A DNA stretch of 64,000 bases. Origin: Lytechinus pictus. Lineage: Eukaryota. The notes under the pieces were generated by a model. That model searched no databases. It worked only from the letters and a program-made list of their open reading frames with translations, and was not told the DNA's origin. A program made the position numbers and the translations under genes. This document shows, piece after piece, positions 13,050 through 27,029 of this stretch; within the stretch, counting starts at the first letter, position 1; each line of letters starts with the position of its first letter. Location: contig NC_087252.1 in assembly GCF_037042905.1 (NCBI RefSeq), forward strand, positions 19,344,001 through 19,408,000, given 5' to 3'.

Positions 13050-13366
13050 CACTAGCGTACCTACGGGGGAGGGGGGGCAGAGGGGGCACTCTGCCCCCCT
13101 GACGAGCCACAACCCATACAAAAGACATATACCTGCCCCCCCTGACGAGCTTAAAAGACCTTTTTTGCCCCCCTGACGAACTTGAAGACCTTTAATGCCC
13201 CCCCTGAAGAGCCTGAAGACCTTTTTTTTTTTTTTTTGCTTGTCAAATTATTTTCTGGTACGAAAACCTAAAATTTTTTATTGAAGACCTTTTTTTTTTT
13301 TTTGCTTGTCAAATTTTTTGGCAGCCGATTTTGCCCCCCCTGTGGAAAATCCTAGGTACGCCACTG
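13050..13366. mobile_element. MITE with 8-bp TSD (hAT-like), inserted in the tail of a SINE
   Basis: TIR CACTAGCGTACCTA / TAGGTACGCCACTG; TSD ATATAGGG at 13042-13049 and 13367-13374. Confidence 0.8.
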
Positions 13367-13588
13367 ATATAGGGGATTTATATTGCGCACATATCCACCT
13401 TGTTAGGTGCTCAAGGCGCTCCTATATTACCCGGCTAAGCTAGGCGTTCATAGCGCACACAGCTTTTTAAGGAATTACTTCCTACCGGTACCCATTTACC
13501 TCACCTGGATTGAGTGCAGCACATTATGGATCAGTTTCTTGCCGAAGGAAATTACGCCATAGCTGGGATTCGAACCCACGACCCTCTA
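13367..13588 (-). mobile_element. tRNA-derived SINE (5'-truncated); its (ATT)n tail is displaced to about 13028-13043
   Basis: Minus-strand B-box GGTTCGAATCCC and SINE body TGTGCTGCACTC..CCAGGTG..AAATGGGTACC. Confidence 0.7.
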
Positions 13589-16500
13589 ATCAATAAAATA
13601 ATTTCATATTTGAAATGAAGCCATACAAGTATGAGGGGTGGTGATTCATCATCTTAGTTTGACCAATGTTATCTAAAAAAGTGTACACGACAGTCCACCA
13701 CTGGAAATTTTTGTCAGAGGAAATATTGCACTAAAAAGAAGACGAAACCAGCGAGTTGCATTAAAAGTCTCACACTTTCACCCAATACATTTTTTGCATC
13801 AATTTTTTTGAAAATCGCTGAAACAATGATTCTTCACAATCACATGTCTTATTATTGAAATGAAAGAATATCATGAAGGCCGGCAATTCAGCTGATATTA
13901 ACAAGTCCTGACCTGACCTACATGGACCTAACAAGTTATAAATTATATTAATGCGTTTAATTATACAATTAAACAGGAGAGAGAGACTCAGAGAGAGAGA
14001 GAGAAGATTGAACTTGAACTTAGGTCAGGAATTAGGTCACTTAATGACTTAGGTGGCGTTGCAAGAAAATATTTGCAATCAATCACAGATATTCAGAGAT
14101 GCCAAGTTCAAAAAAATGTTATGCGTGAGATTTTCATGACTCGGCGTCTCTGCACGCGCGCGGCCAGTACTTACACTTGTACGTTTCGAAAAGGCGCGCG
14201 CGAGATATGGGCTTCATCATGATATTGATCCATACTACAAAACCACGCGATGCACGCACACGATTCCTCGTATCACGTACTAGCTGTGCGCTGACTGCAC
14301 TCTCGATTCGTCTCGCGTGTCGGGGTAGACGCGACGGCGTGCGAAGGCGGTCGGCCAGTGCGCATAATCTAACGAATAATGCTACTTTTTCTCTTTTTTT
14401 TCTGTCGGGTCCCGATGCGTGAGAAAAATGGGCGCCATGCGTGAGATCGTGAGACGGACCCTGGATGCGTGAGTCTCACGCACAATGCGTGAGACTTGGT
14501 AGTAGGGTGGACAAAATAAAATCCTAGAATTTTTATTTGAACGTCTTTACATTTAAATAAACAATGAATAGAAAGAGAAAACCAAACCAAAACAAACATA
14601 CCAACTCCCAGTTCCAAAGGTTTCCTAAAAGTGAAGATATTATTATTAAGTGTCAAACTATGGCCTTTGTCAGGAAACGATAAGCCGCTTAATCCCTGTA
14701 ACTCTCCCGTAGCTAATTGTCGCTGATTGTGGTCGTTGATCATTTTTAAACGTCGAAAGTTCAAGGATCGTGCGTGACCTTTTGCTCATTATTATTCGAA
14801 TTCAAATTTGCCGCTCGAGCCCAGTCAAATGCTAGGCCACGCCCACCCATGGGCTCATATCATCTCGCGTGCGAAGGAATATCATTCATAATAACGCGAC
14901 ACACACGACACATCAATATACTACTGGGCTTTCGCTCACATAAAACATCACACATAATTAGGGATTTCACATTCTGCTATGACACTTACCCAATCATTTA
15001 GATCTTTCCGTGACTTCTCCTTGAAGTTTCTTCTAAAAAATATGTATATTTTCTTGATCTTTAGTGAAGATTTCACGGAGATAAAATTTGGTCAGCGCCG
15101 ATATCAATTTTCGTCTAAAGAGGGCGCGCGATTTATATTCATATCAAAGACACGACAAGGGAAAGACTAGGCACCTACACTATTTTACACGCAAATTGAC
15201 GCAGGTCATTACGCAAAGTCCGTGAAGTGTCCAATCTTTTCATTGTAAAGACTTTGGTATACCGTATTATTGATGTTCGTTAAAGCCTGTACTGCTGGTT
15301 TTGTTCCAGGCACGTATATTTTTTTCAATCTTTCTTTATTAGTCATCGTTTTAAATTAATTGCAGAAAAGTGTTATCATCGCCAATAATAATCTTGAATT
15401 ATGTTTTTGACATGTTTGAAGGTATTTCATTTATTGGTGCCCATAATTAGTAAATTAATCATAAGAATTGCGCATTCAAAGGATTTAGACACAGTTATAA
15501 AATTACAGAGGAGCTGAATCAAGGTTGTGAAATTTATTAGCGCCACCAACGGGCCTCCTTGTATTTCCGTAGAAGAGACAAGCGAAGTTACTTTCCAGGC
15601 CGAGGTAAGCGAAATTTGCTCTTTTTGACCGATTATTATATTCAAATTACATTTTTTATTTTTTAATGTATTGCTACTTACCGGAAAGAGCCCCGGTGAG
15701 TAGCGAGAAGGAGTTTCGGCAAATATTACTTCAGCAATGAAGCGATGTTTGCCGACTACTTCGAAATCAAGGGTCAAACACGGTTCGGTGTACGAGGTTA
15801 GTATATAGGCTATATATACTAACCTCGTACTAGTGTGAGTGGGCCACGCCCACCTCGTAGCCAGTGTTAGTTTGCGCACAAGGCGTCAGATGTATTTATT
15901 ATGAAAAATAAATTAAAAAACTTCATATAAATATAAATCTACAATTTTTTGTACAAATTTAAAATTAGACGTAGCTCTGCCTCTGGATATTCAGTTGCAA
16001 TTTTACACTTAGTTGATCTCTTTTAACTTTATTTAGTAACATACAACTTGTATAGAGTATAGATCTATTTGTAGGCCTATGCCCTATCGTAGAACCTATG
16101 AAGGAAGCGGATAGCAAGAGTAGACTAACATCGAATTCGAACTTAATACAATCAACTTGTTATGTTAGATCTATCACAACAAACACGCATAACATACAAT
16201 GGGACTAAACACACATTTTTGTATATAAATGCAGCAACGCAATCATCTTGAAAAATAGGTATTATACTATCATTTGAATGAAAATTCGTATTCAAATCAT
16301 CTATTCAATAGCGACAAACATTTACCAACTCACCATATTACAATTATGATTTGAACAGCAAAATTACAGGAGAAAATCGTAATTTCAGAAAATTTATACT
16401 GTTTACGGAAACCGGTATCCGATCTGGAGATGAGAGTTCGGATCCGGATATCGATCTCGTATATTTCCAAGCGAGATTATGACGTCGAGCAGAAGGGGAA

Positions 16501-17500
16501 AGTGAGTGGATGGGGGTATATGGGTACGAGATTCAGGCCTGCCTAACGTCGTCAATGTTATCATTCATTTTTACACTGATCATGTTAAAGTTCAATGAAC
16601 CGTTTGTAAATAATATTTTACGAAAGCTTATTTGTAAGTGTATCTGGATTGAAAATGAATAAAGAAAAAAACATATATTTTTTCAAGATAACCCATCAGC
16701 ACCCGGCCCCTATTGGAAGCGGTAAATTTTCCAAGTTTTTGTATTTACATGTATATGTCACAACAAAAATGATCTAACTTTATAAAGAAATTTTGAGCAA
16801 ACTTGAAATATCTCGTTTCCTGAGGAAACCATGAAACTTCTCACAACTCCCGCGCGGTTGAAGTGGCTCCCGGGGCGTTGGGCAGTACACCCAAAGAAGA
16901 AGAAAAACTCTAGCTGGCAGAGGCGGATCAACGGTTTAACCCCCCCCCCCTGGGGCTGCCAAGTAAAAAAAAAATAACGACCTACATTTTGGAGCCAACC
17001 CAGGATTACCTTCAATTTACCGTGACCCCCCCCCCCTTTTGGCTTATAAAACAAATATCGGTACCAAAATGACCTTCATTTTGTAAAGGGACCGCGGGGA
17101 CAATTGTAACAAAATTTACTAAATTCAATTCAATTCATTTATTTTCTCTTTCAGTCTTTTTACATTTACACTGATAGTTCAATATACATATTTACAAAAT
17201 ATAACATCTAAATCATTTTTTATAATACAATAATACCATGAAATCGAAAGGGAAGGAGACCAATTAAAAAGCAGAGCTTGTAGGGTGAAGGCCTCCTTTA
17301 CATTTTATGAATAAAAGATAAGATAAAATAAAGAAATAAACAAAACATATGTATTTATATATATATATATATATATATAGTGAGATTTCAGTTTCGTAAC
17401 AATAAAAAGATTTCGTAATAATAAGAGTTACGAAACTTAAATCATACTCTTTTATTATTACGTAACTTACGTCATTAATGATCTTTTACCCAAAAGCGCG

Positions 17501-17563
<63 letters not shown>

Positions 17564-17684
17564 ATATATATATACTCCCACACATACACCTTATTAAAGC
17601 TAAATGCCTGCTAAAAAACCTAAATAAAACGAAGATGCATATCTTGGCTTGACACCACGAATAGGTTTGGATTAAGTTAAACAA

Positions 17685-18287
17685 TTAAAGGGGAATCCAA
17701 CCTTTGCCATAAAATATTGTGTTGGGAAGGAGAAAAATAAATTAAACAGGATGGTGAAAGTTTGAAAGAAATCGGACAAGCAATAAGAAAGTTATAGCTG
17801 CTTTAAAATTGAGATCACTAATAGTATGTAGATTTCAAATTGGCAACTGGGTAAGTAAATTATGACAAGGGGCAAGGACAACTTTTCCATAGGCCATGTA
17901 CTTTATTATCAGGGATTTGTGGTTTTCTCCTAAGTACCCATTCCCCTGGGGCAGTAATCTAAATATAACCCAGGTAGTATTTTGTTTAATGTCCTCATGA
18001 AAGAAAAATATAATTTGAAATAAAACTTTGGGGAAAAATGACATTTTAGCCATAATATGTATTGGAGCACATGGAAGAGTAGTCCTTGCCTTACATCACT
18101 ATGACATCCCATATGCGGCCAATTTGAAGTCGCCATGAGTATAGTGATTACCAATATCTACAACTTTTAAAAATTCATAACTTTCTTGTTGTTTGTCCAA
18201 TACCGTTCAAACTTTCACTTATCAACTTGTCTGATTTTTCTTTTTCTCATAAAAACAAGTTTTTATTTGGGTTGGATTCCCCTTTAA
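17685..18287. mobile_element. TTAA-flanked palindromic MITE
   Basis: TTAAAGGGGAATCCAACC...GGTTGGATTCCCCTTTAA. Confidence 0.8.
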
Positions 18288-18949
18288 TTTAGAAGCTACT
18301 ATCATTTGAAAATAAGAGGTCAAGTGTTACAATTGCCCCACAACATGGGGTTATTGTAACATGCCTGTGGGACAATTGTAACACATACAATTGCAGCATT
18401 GTTTTTTCTTCATCAAAGCTTATGCACTTGACTGGTGCAAGGATTTTAATACTTCATTTAACATTTAACAAGACTAGCCCCACATGACAATGCTTGACTC
18501 ATTTGCATTACATTTTCCACTTGCTATTATTTATGAGGAACGTTTTGACTGTTTTTAAGGTTGTTGTGGCTTCACCCTAACTGTAGAACTATACACCAAT
18601 TTCTATTTGGGTTCTGTATCTATACTTTAAACATGTTAAATAATTGATATGTACCTACTCTCTTTAAATTGACGACTGCAGTAAAACACTTAACAGTGTG
18701 CTTTTAACTCATGAATTCTCCTCCGAATACAGTGATATTACTTTTTAAAGATTGGGAAATGAAAGCTTTGTCTAATAAAAAAAATGCCACTTTTCGGACA
18801 AATTCAACATTTCCTTACTTTGTTAACAAACTTATCAAATCCCGAATTAATGTTTTATTAAGATATCCTTTGGACGAAAGACATGTTCCCTCTTTCAATT
18901 TATTCCCTTTAATTTACCTTCTCTGTATATCCATGCCTAACTTAATGGA

Positions 18950-20760
18950 TATTAGGCATTTGTATTACTTGTTTGTTTAGGCCTAGGCCTACTGATTTTT
19001 TACTCTGTACACATTCATGTAGTTCAGCCTTTCGCTGTGAATTCATTTCGTGAATAAAAATATTGGATAGATTTTAATGTTCAAAATTAGTATTTCTCCT
19101 GTTTCAGCTTTGCGACAAAGCTGTACTCTGTGCTGTGTTTTTTATTTCCAATCCGCCTATACTCGGATTTACAATTTTGACATTAATTTTTGAAGAACTT
19201 ATACAGTCTCCTTGAATAACAGTATGAACTATTTTATTCTCAATCAGGTCCGAGAGGTTCGAGGTGCCTTTATATTTTCTACTAAGCTCAGTTTCAAGAT
19301 CCTTTAGATAAAGAAAGAAGAGGAGAGACGACAAATTATCACCTGTATGGGGAATATTTCAGATATAAACCACTTGGATACTTTCGAAACATCAGAAAGA
19401 ATTTTACCATTAATGTCATTACTAGTCAATAAAAACACCAAAAAGTTTCTTATTTAGGAATCTTGTATAAATATCAACAATGCATTTTAAACAGAATATA
19501 TGGTCAATGGTTGAGTATTTGTGCATGAATCCTGCTTGATTCTCCCCTAAGATACCAACGTCAATATATTTTGTTAATCTCTCATTTAGAAGTAAAGTAA
19601 ACAGTTTGCCAATGCAGCTAAGGATCGAGACCCCTCGATAATTTTCCAGTATTTTTAACAGGACCATTATTTTTTAAAGATAGGAGTTATAACACCAATA
19701 CCCCAAACATCAGGAACTTTACCACTATTGATTACAATGTTGAATAACCTAGTAAGGATTGGAATAATAACCGCCGAAGTATCTGTTAAGAACTCATTTA
19801 TAGTTCCATCTATTATAATCTTTGATCCTTTTCATTTTTTAGAGTAAATTCATCATTGATGGCCGGATTATCAAAATGTTGGATTGTAGGAGAGGGGAAG
19901 TTATCGTAAGATTGATTTAAATCCTCAAAGTGGTCAACTATAGATCAGCAAAATTAGCCTCTATCTTTATATTTTTATTTACACTATTGCTTTGGAGAAT
20001 TTTCCAAAAATCCCTCGGTTTAGTAGGTCTCAAAGTTCGTATAGTTTGTTATTGAGATACTTATAATTTTATACCTTTTCCCACATTGAATCATGTTTTG
20101 CCTATTGTAGTCAGTCTGTTTTTTTTAAAGGATTTTTGTTTACATTTCGATACCTGTTTCTCAATCTATAGCAGCTGTGGTTGTACCATGGTTTCATAAA
20201 AACTGCTTTGTTTTTCTGGGCTTATTATTAGTAGATGGGTATAGCATTTCGTAATTTTGGCTGAATCTAATTATTAATAGAAATCATTGCTTCATTAATG
20301 GCTGTCTCATCCACCAGAGTTATATGGGAAGTAAGATTTTGTTTAATAAGGGTGGCTGCTTCTAGATTAATATCATCATGGACCTACTACTACTTGAGCT
20401 TGAACGCCATATTCGCGGGAAGGAATATTTCATCCCTGCATATATTCCTGTCTTCTACTCTGTTTTGCGAGTTAAAGAAATTTAATTTGGCTAAAGTTTT
20501 TGCAATCAGATCTGATGTGACCAAGCTGGGAATTTCATACCACTTCTGTTCTCAATTTTTATAAAAGGTTTTATCTTCCGCGTTTCGCGCGGTAAGAGGA
20601 ATTATTTCAAATTCCTCAATCTTTTCCCATTTTGGGGAGCTCATATTTCTTTCGAAAACAAGTTTTTATAATCACAGCAAGTCAATTGAGTTCGAGTTGA
20701 TAAGGGTATAGACGCAAGAAATATCTGTCTTTTGATTTAAATGTGATGAGATATCAAAAA
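18950..20760 (-). pseudogene. Old, decayed non-LTR retrotransposon (RTE-X/L2-like RT) remnant
   Basis: ORF 19422-19667 retains RT motifs NYRGVSILSCIGKLFT..LNERL..ENQAGF..YSTIDHIF. Flanks carry stops and frameshifts; boundaries approximate. Confidence 0.7.
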
Positions 20761-21027
20761 GTCATCCCTTCCCCCTAGGGAGCGTGCTGTCTAATTGTTG
20801 GCACGCTTTGCGTGCCGTTACCGCCCCTCAAAAATTACGCATACATTCGTAATTCCGAAGCTTCGTTATTCCGAAGGTTCGGATATTCCGAAGGTTCCTT
20901 ATTCCGAAGGTTCGTAATTCCGAAGGTACATTAGTCCGAAAACAAAATGAGGTTCAGTGTAGTAGGTTTCACGGTACACCATGTATTCTTTCTTGGGCAT
21001 ATGTTGGTCCTGAAAAGGACCACCCAA

Positions 21028-21069
21028 TCTCGACGTTTCGACAAGTGTGTTCTTGTCGTCCTCAGGAGA
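21028..21069 (-). ncRNA. Minimal type I hammerhead ribozyme of the Penelope pLTR
   Basis: UCUC-CUGAGGA-C-GACAAG(AACACA)CUUGUC-GAAAC-GUC^-GAGA: intact core, 6-bp stem II, loopless palindromic ACGU stem III. Predicted cleavage after 21032. Confidence 0.85.
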
Positions 21070-21406
21070 ATGAGCAAAGGTTGGTTGGTGTTGGAGTTTA
21101 GTTGGCGCTCTTCAATCTGGTAGATTATCTGCGCCAGGTCGTTTCCATGTTGCTTAATTCCCGCTTCAATGTCCTCGGCCGGCGTTAGACTAGTCTGACC
21201 TGTCATATAGCGAGGTGCAATATAATTAAGATTAGTTACCTCCACCATTAAATTGTGCATTTTTGTACTTCATAGTATGCAAACTTTTATAAGAAGCTAT
21301 GTCGAAACACAATTTTAGTAGTCTATAAGAATTAACATCACTAAATATAATCCTCAGAACAAAAGGAAGCGAGAGGGAGAGATGGAGAGAGATCAGTGGA
21401 ATATTC

Positions 21407-24400
21407 TTATTCGAATCTCTTTGTTTTTTTCACATAATTCAGGATTACTTTATAATCTGCATTTCTTCCCAATAATGTTGCTAGGTCTGATATTGGCGTA
21501 TTTAATTTCAGGCTTCTTTGCATAGTTCTTCTTTCTCTTTCATATTTATTACAATGTAGTAAAAAATGTTCTATTGTCTCAGGAACCTGACAATGTGAAC
21601 ATAGACCATTTTCATGTTGATTACATTTATACTGATAATAATTCAATTTACATTTTCCAAGTCTTAGCCGGTGAATCATAGTCTCTTCAAATCGAATGAG
21701 ACCTTGATAACTAATTGTTTCTGCCACGTTGGGTTGGATGCTAAATAAATGTCTTCCTTTAGATGAGGATGCCCATTGAGCCTGCCAGATTTCTTTATAA
21801 ATCAAAGACATGTGGTTTTTCCATTCCTCTTTGATATATGGAATGTGTAATTCAACTTCTTCTTTTGATGCTCCTTTTTTTGCTAATTGGTCTGCCACTT
21901 CGTTCCCGTGAATACCGCAATGGGATGGTATCCATTCAAAGTTGACATAAATATCTGATGATTGTAAAACTTTGATTTTATATAAGATATCAACAATAAG
22001 ATTGTTTTGAATTCGATTGCTTTCGAGTGCTTGAAGAGCTGACAATGAATCTGTAAAAATTATGATGGACATTCCTTTGTTATCTCCTAGCCAATCAAGT
22101 GCCATTACAATTGCTGTTAATTCGGCTCTCATTATACTTACAGAATTTAATCTATAGTATTTTTTAATGTCCAGTTCTGGTATATAAAAAGCAGAGCCGG
22201 TTCTCTTGTCTTCTTGTTTTGATCCATCAGTGTAGATCTTTAAGTAACCTTTCCATCTTGTATGTGTCCTTTCTAAGACACAGTTTTTCATATCTTGTAC
22301 TAAGTTACGTTGTTTGTTGATAACATTATGGATATAGTAAGATATATTTGGTATTTCATATGACCAAAAAGGTTCTCGTAATATTCTTTGGCTTAGTTGT
22401 TCAATTTGGATTTCTTCATTTGGCTTACATGCTCTAACTACAAAGGGTCCATGACCTACTTTCCAAGTAAATTGATCAATATACCAGGAAGGTTCAATAA
22501 TTTCTAAAGTAGGATGATGAGTATCTCTATTTGTTAAAAGATAAAACATGTATTTATCAACATACAGTTCTCTTCTTAGTTGTAAAGGTCGTTCACCACA
22601 TTCAACCTGCAGTGCTTCAAGGGCAGGGTTATATACTGCACCAGTTATTATTTTCAGTGACTGATATTGGACTGAATCTAATTCTTGTTTTAGTGAAAGG
22701 CTAGCCGAATCGTATAACTCACATCCGTAGTCTAATATGGATCTAATAAGACCTTTGTATATAATATAAAGAATCGTTTTATTATTTCCCCAACTCGTTC
22801 CTGCTATACACCGTAACAAATTGATTCTTTTTGAACATTTGAGTTTTATATAATCTATGTGCTTTTTCCAGGTGAGTTTCACATCAAACCAAATGCCCAG
22901 AAACTTATATTCTTTGTATTGTGGTATAGATTTATCTTTAATCTCAATATTTACCTCTATTTGCTGCCTATTGGTAAAAATCATAACAGCAGACTTTTGA
23001 GGAGATATAATCATACTCCAGGTTGAGCACCATTGTTCAATCTCTTTTAAAGCTTTCTTAATTTTCTTTTGTAGAAAGTCAAGATTTCTGCCTGAACACC
23101 ATATGGCAATATCATCGGCATACATAGAGATTTTTTACAGATTTTTCTTTCAGTTTTAGATCATTCAACATTAAATTGAACAAAATTGGACTAATCACAC
23201 TACCTTGGGGCGTTCCATTTTCCAGAACAAACTGTGAAGATAACTGACCATCAACTTTTACCTTGCAATATCGATCTTGTAAAAATGAATTAATCCACTG
23301 TAACATTTTTCCTTTTATACCAGCTTGATGACATTTAAATACTATTCCCTTTCTCCATAAAAGGTCATATGCTTTTTCAAGGTCAATGAAAATAACTAGA
23401 ACATACTCTTTGTTAGCTAATCCTTTCTGTATATCTGTTTCTAATCTAAGGAGCTGATCTAAAGAACTTCTATTTTTTCTAAATCCAGCCTGTGTTGGTG
23501 TCAGGATACTGCATCGCTCCATGAACCATACGAGTCTATTTTTAACCATTCTTTCCATCAGTTTGGAGAGAGTTGATGTCAAGGAAATGGGTCGATATGA
23601 AGAAGGGTTCGTTGGATCTTTACCTGGTTTAAGTACAGGGATCTGGGTAGAATAATGCCAATCTGTGGGTAGAATTGAGGAATTCCAAATACTGTTTATT
23701 AAAACTAATATGAACTGAAGAGCTATTTTTGGTAGGTGTTGTATCATAATTGACTTGATACCATCTGTACCTGCTGCAGAATTTTTCATATCCTTAACAG
23801 CGCTTGTTAATTCATTATATGTGAATTCATCATTAAGAGGTGTTTCAGAGGAGTAGCTTTCTTCGATCGTATTTCGTATCAAATTTTCAAATGAATTTCT
23901 TCTAATAATCTCGTCATTGTCTAATCGATTGTCGATCGTTTTAAAAGCCTTAGCAATCAATTCTGCCTTTTCTTGAGCATTAGCTATTGGTGTATTGTTT
24001 CCTGTTAATAAATTGGGAAATATATGTTTGGAGACAGAACCATTTCGTAGTCCTTTCACCATATCCCATACTTTGCCTAAGTTGGATGTTCTCCTCAAAG
24101 ACTGACAGTAGTTTAACCAGTATTCCTTTTGTGTTCGTCTCTTTATTTTTTGAGCATATGCTTTCTTTTTCCTGTACATTTCCAAGTCATCCTTTCTAAA
24201 ATGTCTATTTAATCGATTTCTATATTTATTTCTTTCTTTGATTGCTTCTTGGTATTCTAGTGTCCACCAAGGTACTGGGTTTTTTTGCTTTTCGATTTCT
24301 GCCTGCTTTGCGAAGGGTTTCTTCTGCCACTTCGTTAATAATCTGCAAAATCAAATTGTACTTATCTTGAATATTCAGATCATGTGAAAAATGTAATATC

Positions 24401-25134
24401 TTTATTTTACTAAATTTATGCTTCAATCTTTCCCGATATATTTCCCAGTTTACGTGCTTGAAGGACCAATTCTTTTCATGAGGATTGATGTTATCATCTA
24501 CAAATTCTATTTCGTGCAGTGAGCACTTGATAACATTGTGATCGCTCCCGAAATTTCCTAGCACGTTCCATTTTAGTTTGCTGGCGATTTCCTTCGAAGC
24601 AATTGTTAAGTCTAGGCAAGACCTTGTCCCTGTATGGATGTCCATTCTTGTAGGCGTCCCATCGTTCAACACTACTAAATCATGTTTTGTTATAAAGTTT
24701 TCAACTAATGTCCCATTACTATCTCGCTTTATGCTACCCCACAGAGGGTTGTGTGAATTGAAATCACCTGTAATTATTATGTTTTTTGAACAATTTTCAA
24801 TCAAATTTTCTAAATCTCGCAATTCTATCTTTTGACAAGGATTATAATAATTGATTAATGAAATGACCTTGTCATAAGTGAAAATGTCAATTCTTTGATA
24901 TTCCTTGATTTGAGGCAAATTGACTTCTTTGAAAGTAACTGTTTTATGCACATATATTGCAATTCCTCCTCTTCCTCCTTGGCCTCTATTTTTTATTACT
25001 GGGATGAAATCTGGAATTGCTAATATATTAAAATCAGTGAACCATGTTTCTTGTAAACATATCAAGGCAGGGATGGAGTTTAATTCTACATTTTCTATTA
25101 GCTCTTTGTAAAAGTCTGGACCGTGAGCATTCAT
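21407..25134 (-). pseudogene. LINE copy A ORF2 (APE-RT-RNaseH), broken into three ORFs by two +1 homopolymer indels (about 23130 and 24283)
   Basis: ORFs 24226-25134, 23112-24185 and 21407-23125 concatenate to the copy B protein. T6 vs T5 and T7 vs T6 runs; could be assembly errors. Confidence 0.85.
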
Positions 25135-25201
25135 GCTTTGGGCATTCCATTGTAAAATATTTAAAGGCCGAGCGTTAATTGTATTTGAGCTGTCTTTATT
25201 A

Positions 25202-26833
25202 CTAAAGACGATCGTGGATCATCTCTGGAGACACCTCGTTGATGTCTAAGCATCGCTTGGCTGCCTCAACCACTAATCTAATTCTGTTTGAATGAGAAGT
25301 TTCTTTGTCAAGGTTGTTAACTATAAAAGTGATGAATGCCAAAAAGTCGACTCTAGCATTTTCTGTGGATGCGGGAATTACAGGTCCAGACTCTTCTGCT
25401 TCATTAGGCCTACGATTATTCTCTTTACAAGTGAATTCTTGCGCATCTGTCTGTACAGACTTTTCCGCCGTTTCTGTTTGAGTGGATATGGTCGCCGTTT
25501 TTATTGTCGACCTCTTTACCGTTGGTATTTGATCTACTTTAGCTTCCAAAATATTCGGTTGATCTGGGATTTTCTTTCCTTTGGGGGGTTTGATAATATT
25601 CTTGTTTGATGATTCACGATCTTTCGAGTGATTTTCTTCTTTTTTTTCTTGATGGTATATTTTTGTTGCTTGAGCATAAGTTAAATTATTTTGCAGGCTG
25701 ACATTTTGAATATTTTTTGCTTCCTTATAATAGGTACATCCTTGATAGGCCGCTGAATGATTAAGGTTACATCTCAAGCATTTTGGGCTATCTTTATTGG
25801 GGCACATTTCAAAAGTGTGGGTCTCACCACATCTTACACATCTTAAATGACCCTTACAATTCTTTTGGATGTGCCCAAATTGCTGGCATTTATGGCATCT
25901 TGTTACAGTAGGGACAAACTCATCAACTACATATTTTTGGTATAGAAAGGAGACATGGTGTGGAAGATTTGGTCCTTTGAATACTAAAAGAACAGAAGGG
26001 GTTGGTGATAATTCACCGTTTATTCTTTTATTGAATCTCTTTACATACGTCACACCTTGTTCTTTCAAGAGTTCATTGAGTTCTTCCTCCGTGATTAGTG
26101 TATCTACTTTATGAATAACACCACGGATTTGAGTAATGGGTATATATTGTGCAACCTTGACAGGGGTGTGAATTAATTCAGTCATTTCTAAAATCTTTTT
26201 CATCTGTGTTTCATCAATACAAGTAACTTTCAGGCCTCCCTTTTCTTTCATAATTTTACTCACCTCACCATACTTTGAGTTGATTTCTTTAATGAGTTTT
26301 GCTGGGCTTATTTTGCTTATGCTTGAATTCTCGCCTACATCTCTTATTTCTACTATCATAGATTTATTCTCACTTCTGACATGTCTGATATTCTGCTTTT
26401 TACGATTTGAACTCGACCCTTCTTTGTTTTCGAAACTTCCTTTCCTAACTCTCTTGTCGTCTTCATTTATAGTTCTTGTACTTGCTTTTCTCTTTTTTCT
26501 CTCCACTTTTCGCCACTCCATTTCACTCTCAACTTCTGTAGAACTCTCTCTATCATTTGATTTATTGAGATGAGCTTGGAATATACCGTGTTTTCTATTA
26601 CTGCTCGGGGTCATCATTACATTACCAATTGCGGCTTGATAATATGCATCTTCTCCCGAAGAAATATCTGTTTCTTCCGTTTCCATTATCCCTTTTTGGA
26701 TAGTTTGAATATTATTAGAAGTACTGTTAGCATTGGGTTTTGTTAGTATGTTGGTTAGTTTACTGTAAATGTGCTTTTGAATTTCGCTGACAGGCTTACC
26801 AATCCGCTGTCCGAATCGAAAGAGTTGGTTCAT
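25202..26833 (-). CDS. LINE copy A ORF1, gag-like nucleic-acid-binding protein (543 aa)
   Basis: Three CCHC-type knuckles: CHKCQQFGHIQKNC, CVRCGETHTFEMC, CLRCNLNHSAAYQGC. Confidence 0.92.
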   Translation of the reverse strand: MNQLFRFGQRIGKPVSEIQKHIYSKLTNILTKPNANSTSNNIQTIQKGIMETEETDISSGEDAYYQAAIGNVMMTPSSNRKHGIFQAHLNKSNDRESSTEVESEMEWRKVERKKRKASTRTINEDDKRVRKGSFENKEGSSSNRKKQNIRHVRSENKSMIVEIRDVGENSSISKISPAKLIKEINSKYGEVSKIMKEKGGLKVTCIDETQMKKILEMTELIHTPVKVAQYIPITQIRGVIHKVDTLITEEELNELLKEQGVTYVKRFNKRINGELSPTPSVLLVFKGPNLPHHVSFLYQKYVVDEFVPTVTRCHKCQQFGHIQKNCKGHLRCVRCGETHTFEMCPNKDSPKCLRCNLNHSAAYQGCTYYKEAKNIQNVSLQNNLTYAQATKIYHQEKKEENHSKDRESSNKNIIKPPKGKKIPDQPNILEAKVDQIPTVKRSTIKTATISTQTETAEKSVQTDAQEFTCKENNRRPNEAEESGPVIPASTENARVDFLAFITFIVNNLDKETSHSNRIRLVVEAAKRCLDINEVSPEMIHDRL

Positions 26834-26961
26834 AAGCTTCTCAGAGTCTCGTTTTCAAATATAATGACACTTGTTGGATAAAAATCTATAAGACTTTCGC
26901 TTTTGCTGAAAGAGTAGTTCCGAAATCATATAAATCCACAGAAAATAAAGCTCAGATCCAA

Positions 26962-27029
26962 TGATACCTTGGATGTTGTCTCGGAGAACCTTGCGATGAC
27001 GCTTGGCACCACCCTTTCCGAGACCCTTT
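26962..27029 (-). pseudogene. H4: Captured histone H4 coding fragment (K8-I29)
   Basis: Translates [22 protein letters not shown], a 22/22 match to canonical H4. No start codon and no remainder of the gene. Confidence 0.95.

Larger units (their letters stand above)
21080..26958 (-). mobile_element. I-group (I/Nimb-like) LINE, copy A, missing about 79 nt of 5' UTR
   Basis: ORF1 + ORF2, 3' stem-loop and CCAACCAAC tail. About 10 substitutions and 2 single-base indels versus copy B by manual comparison. Confidence 0.93.

Noticed and set aside
20845-20945. Short regularly spaced repeats (also 34670-34990) resembling a CRISPR array
   Set aside because: No unique spacers, eukaryotic context, and the two blocks are inverted arms of one MITE.
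23112-24290. Programmed frameshifts in copy A ORF2
   Set aside because: Both are single-base expansions of homopolymer runs absent from copy B, so mutation or sequencing error.
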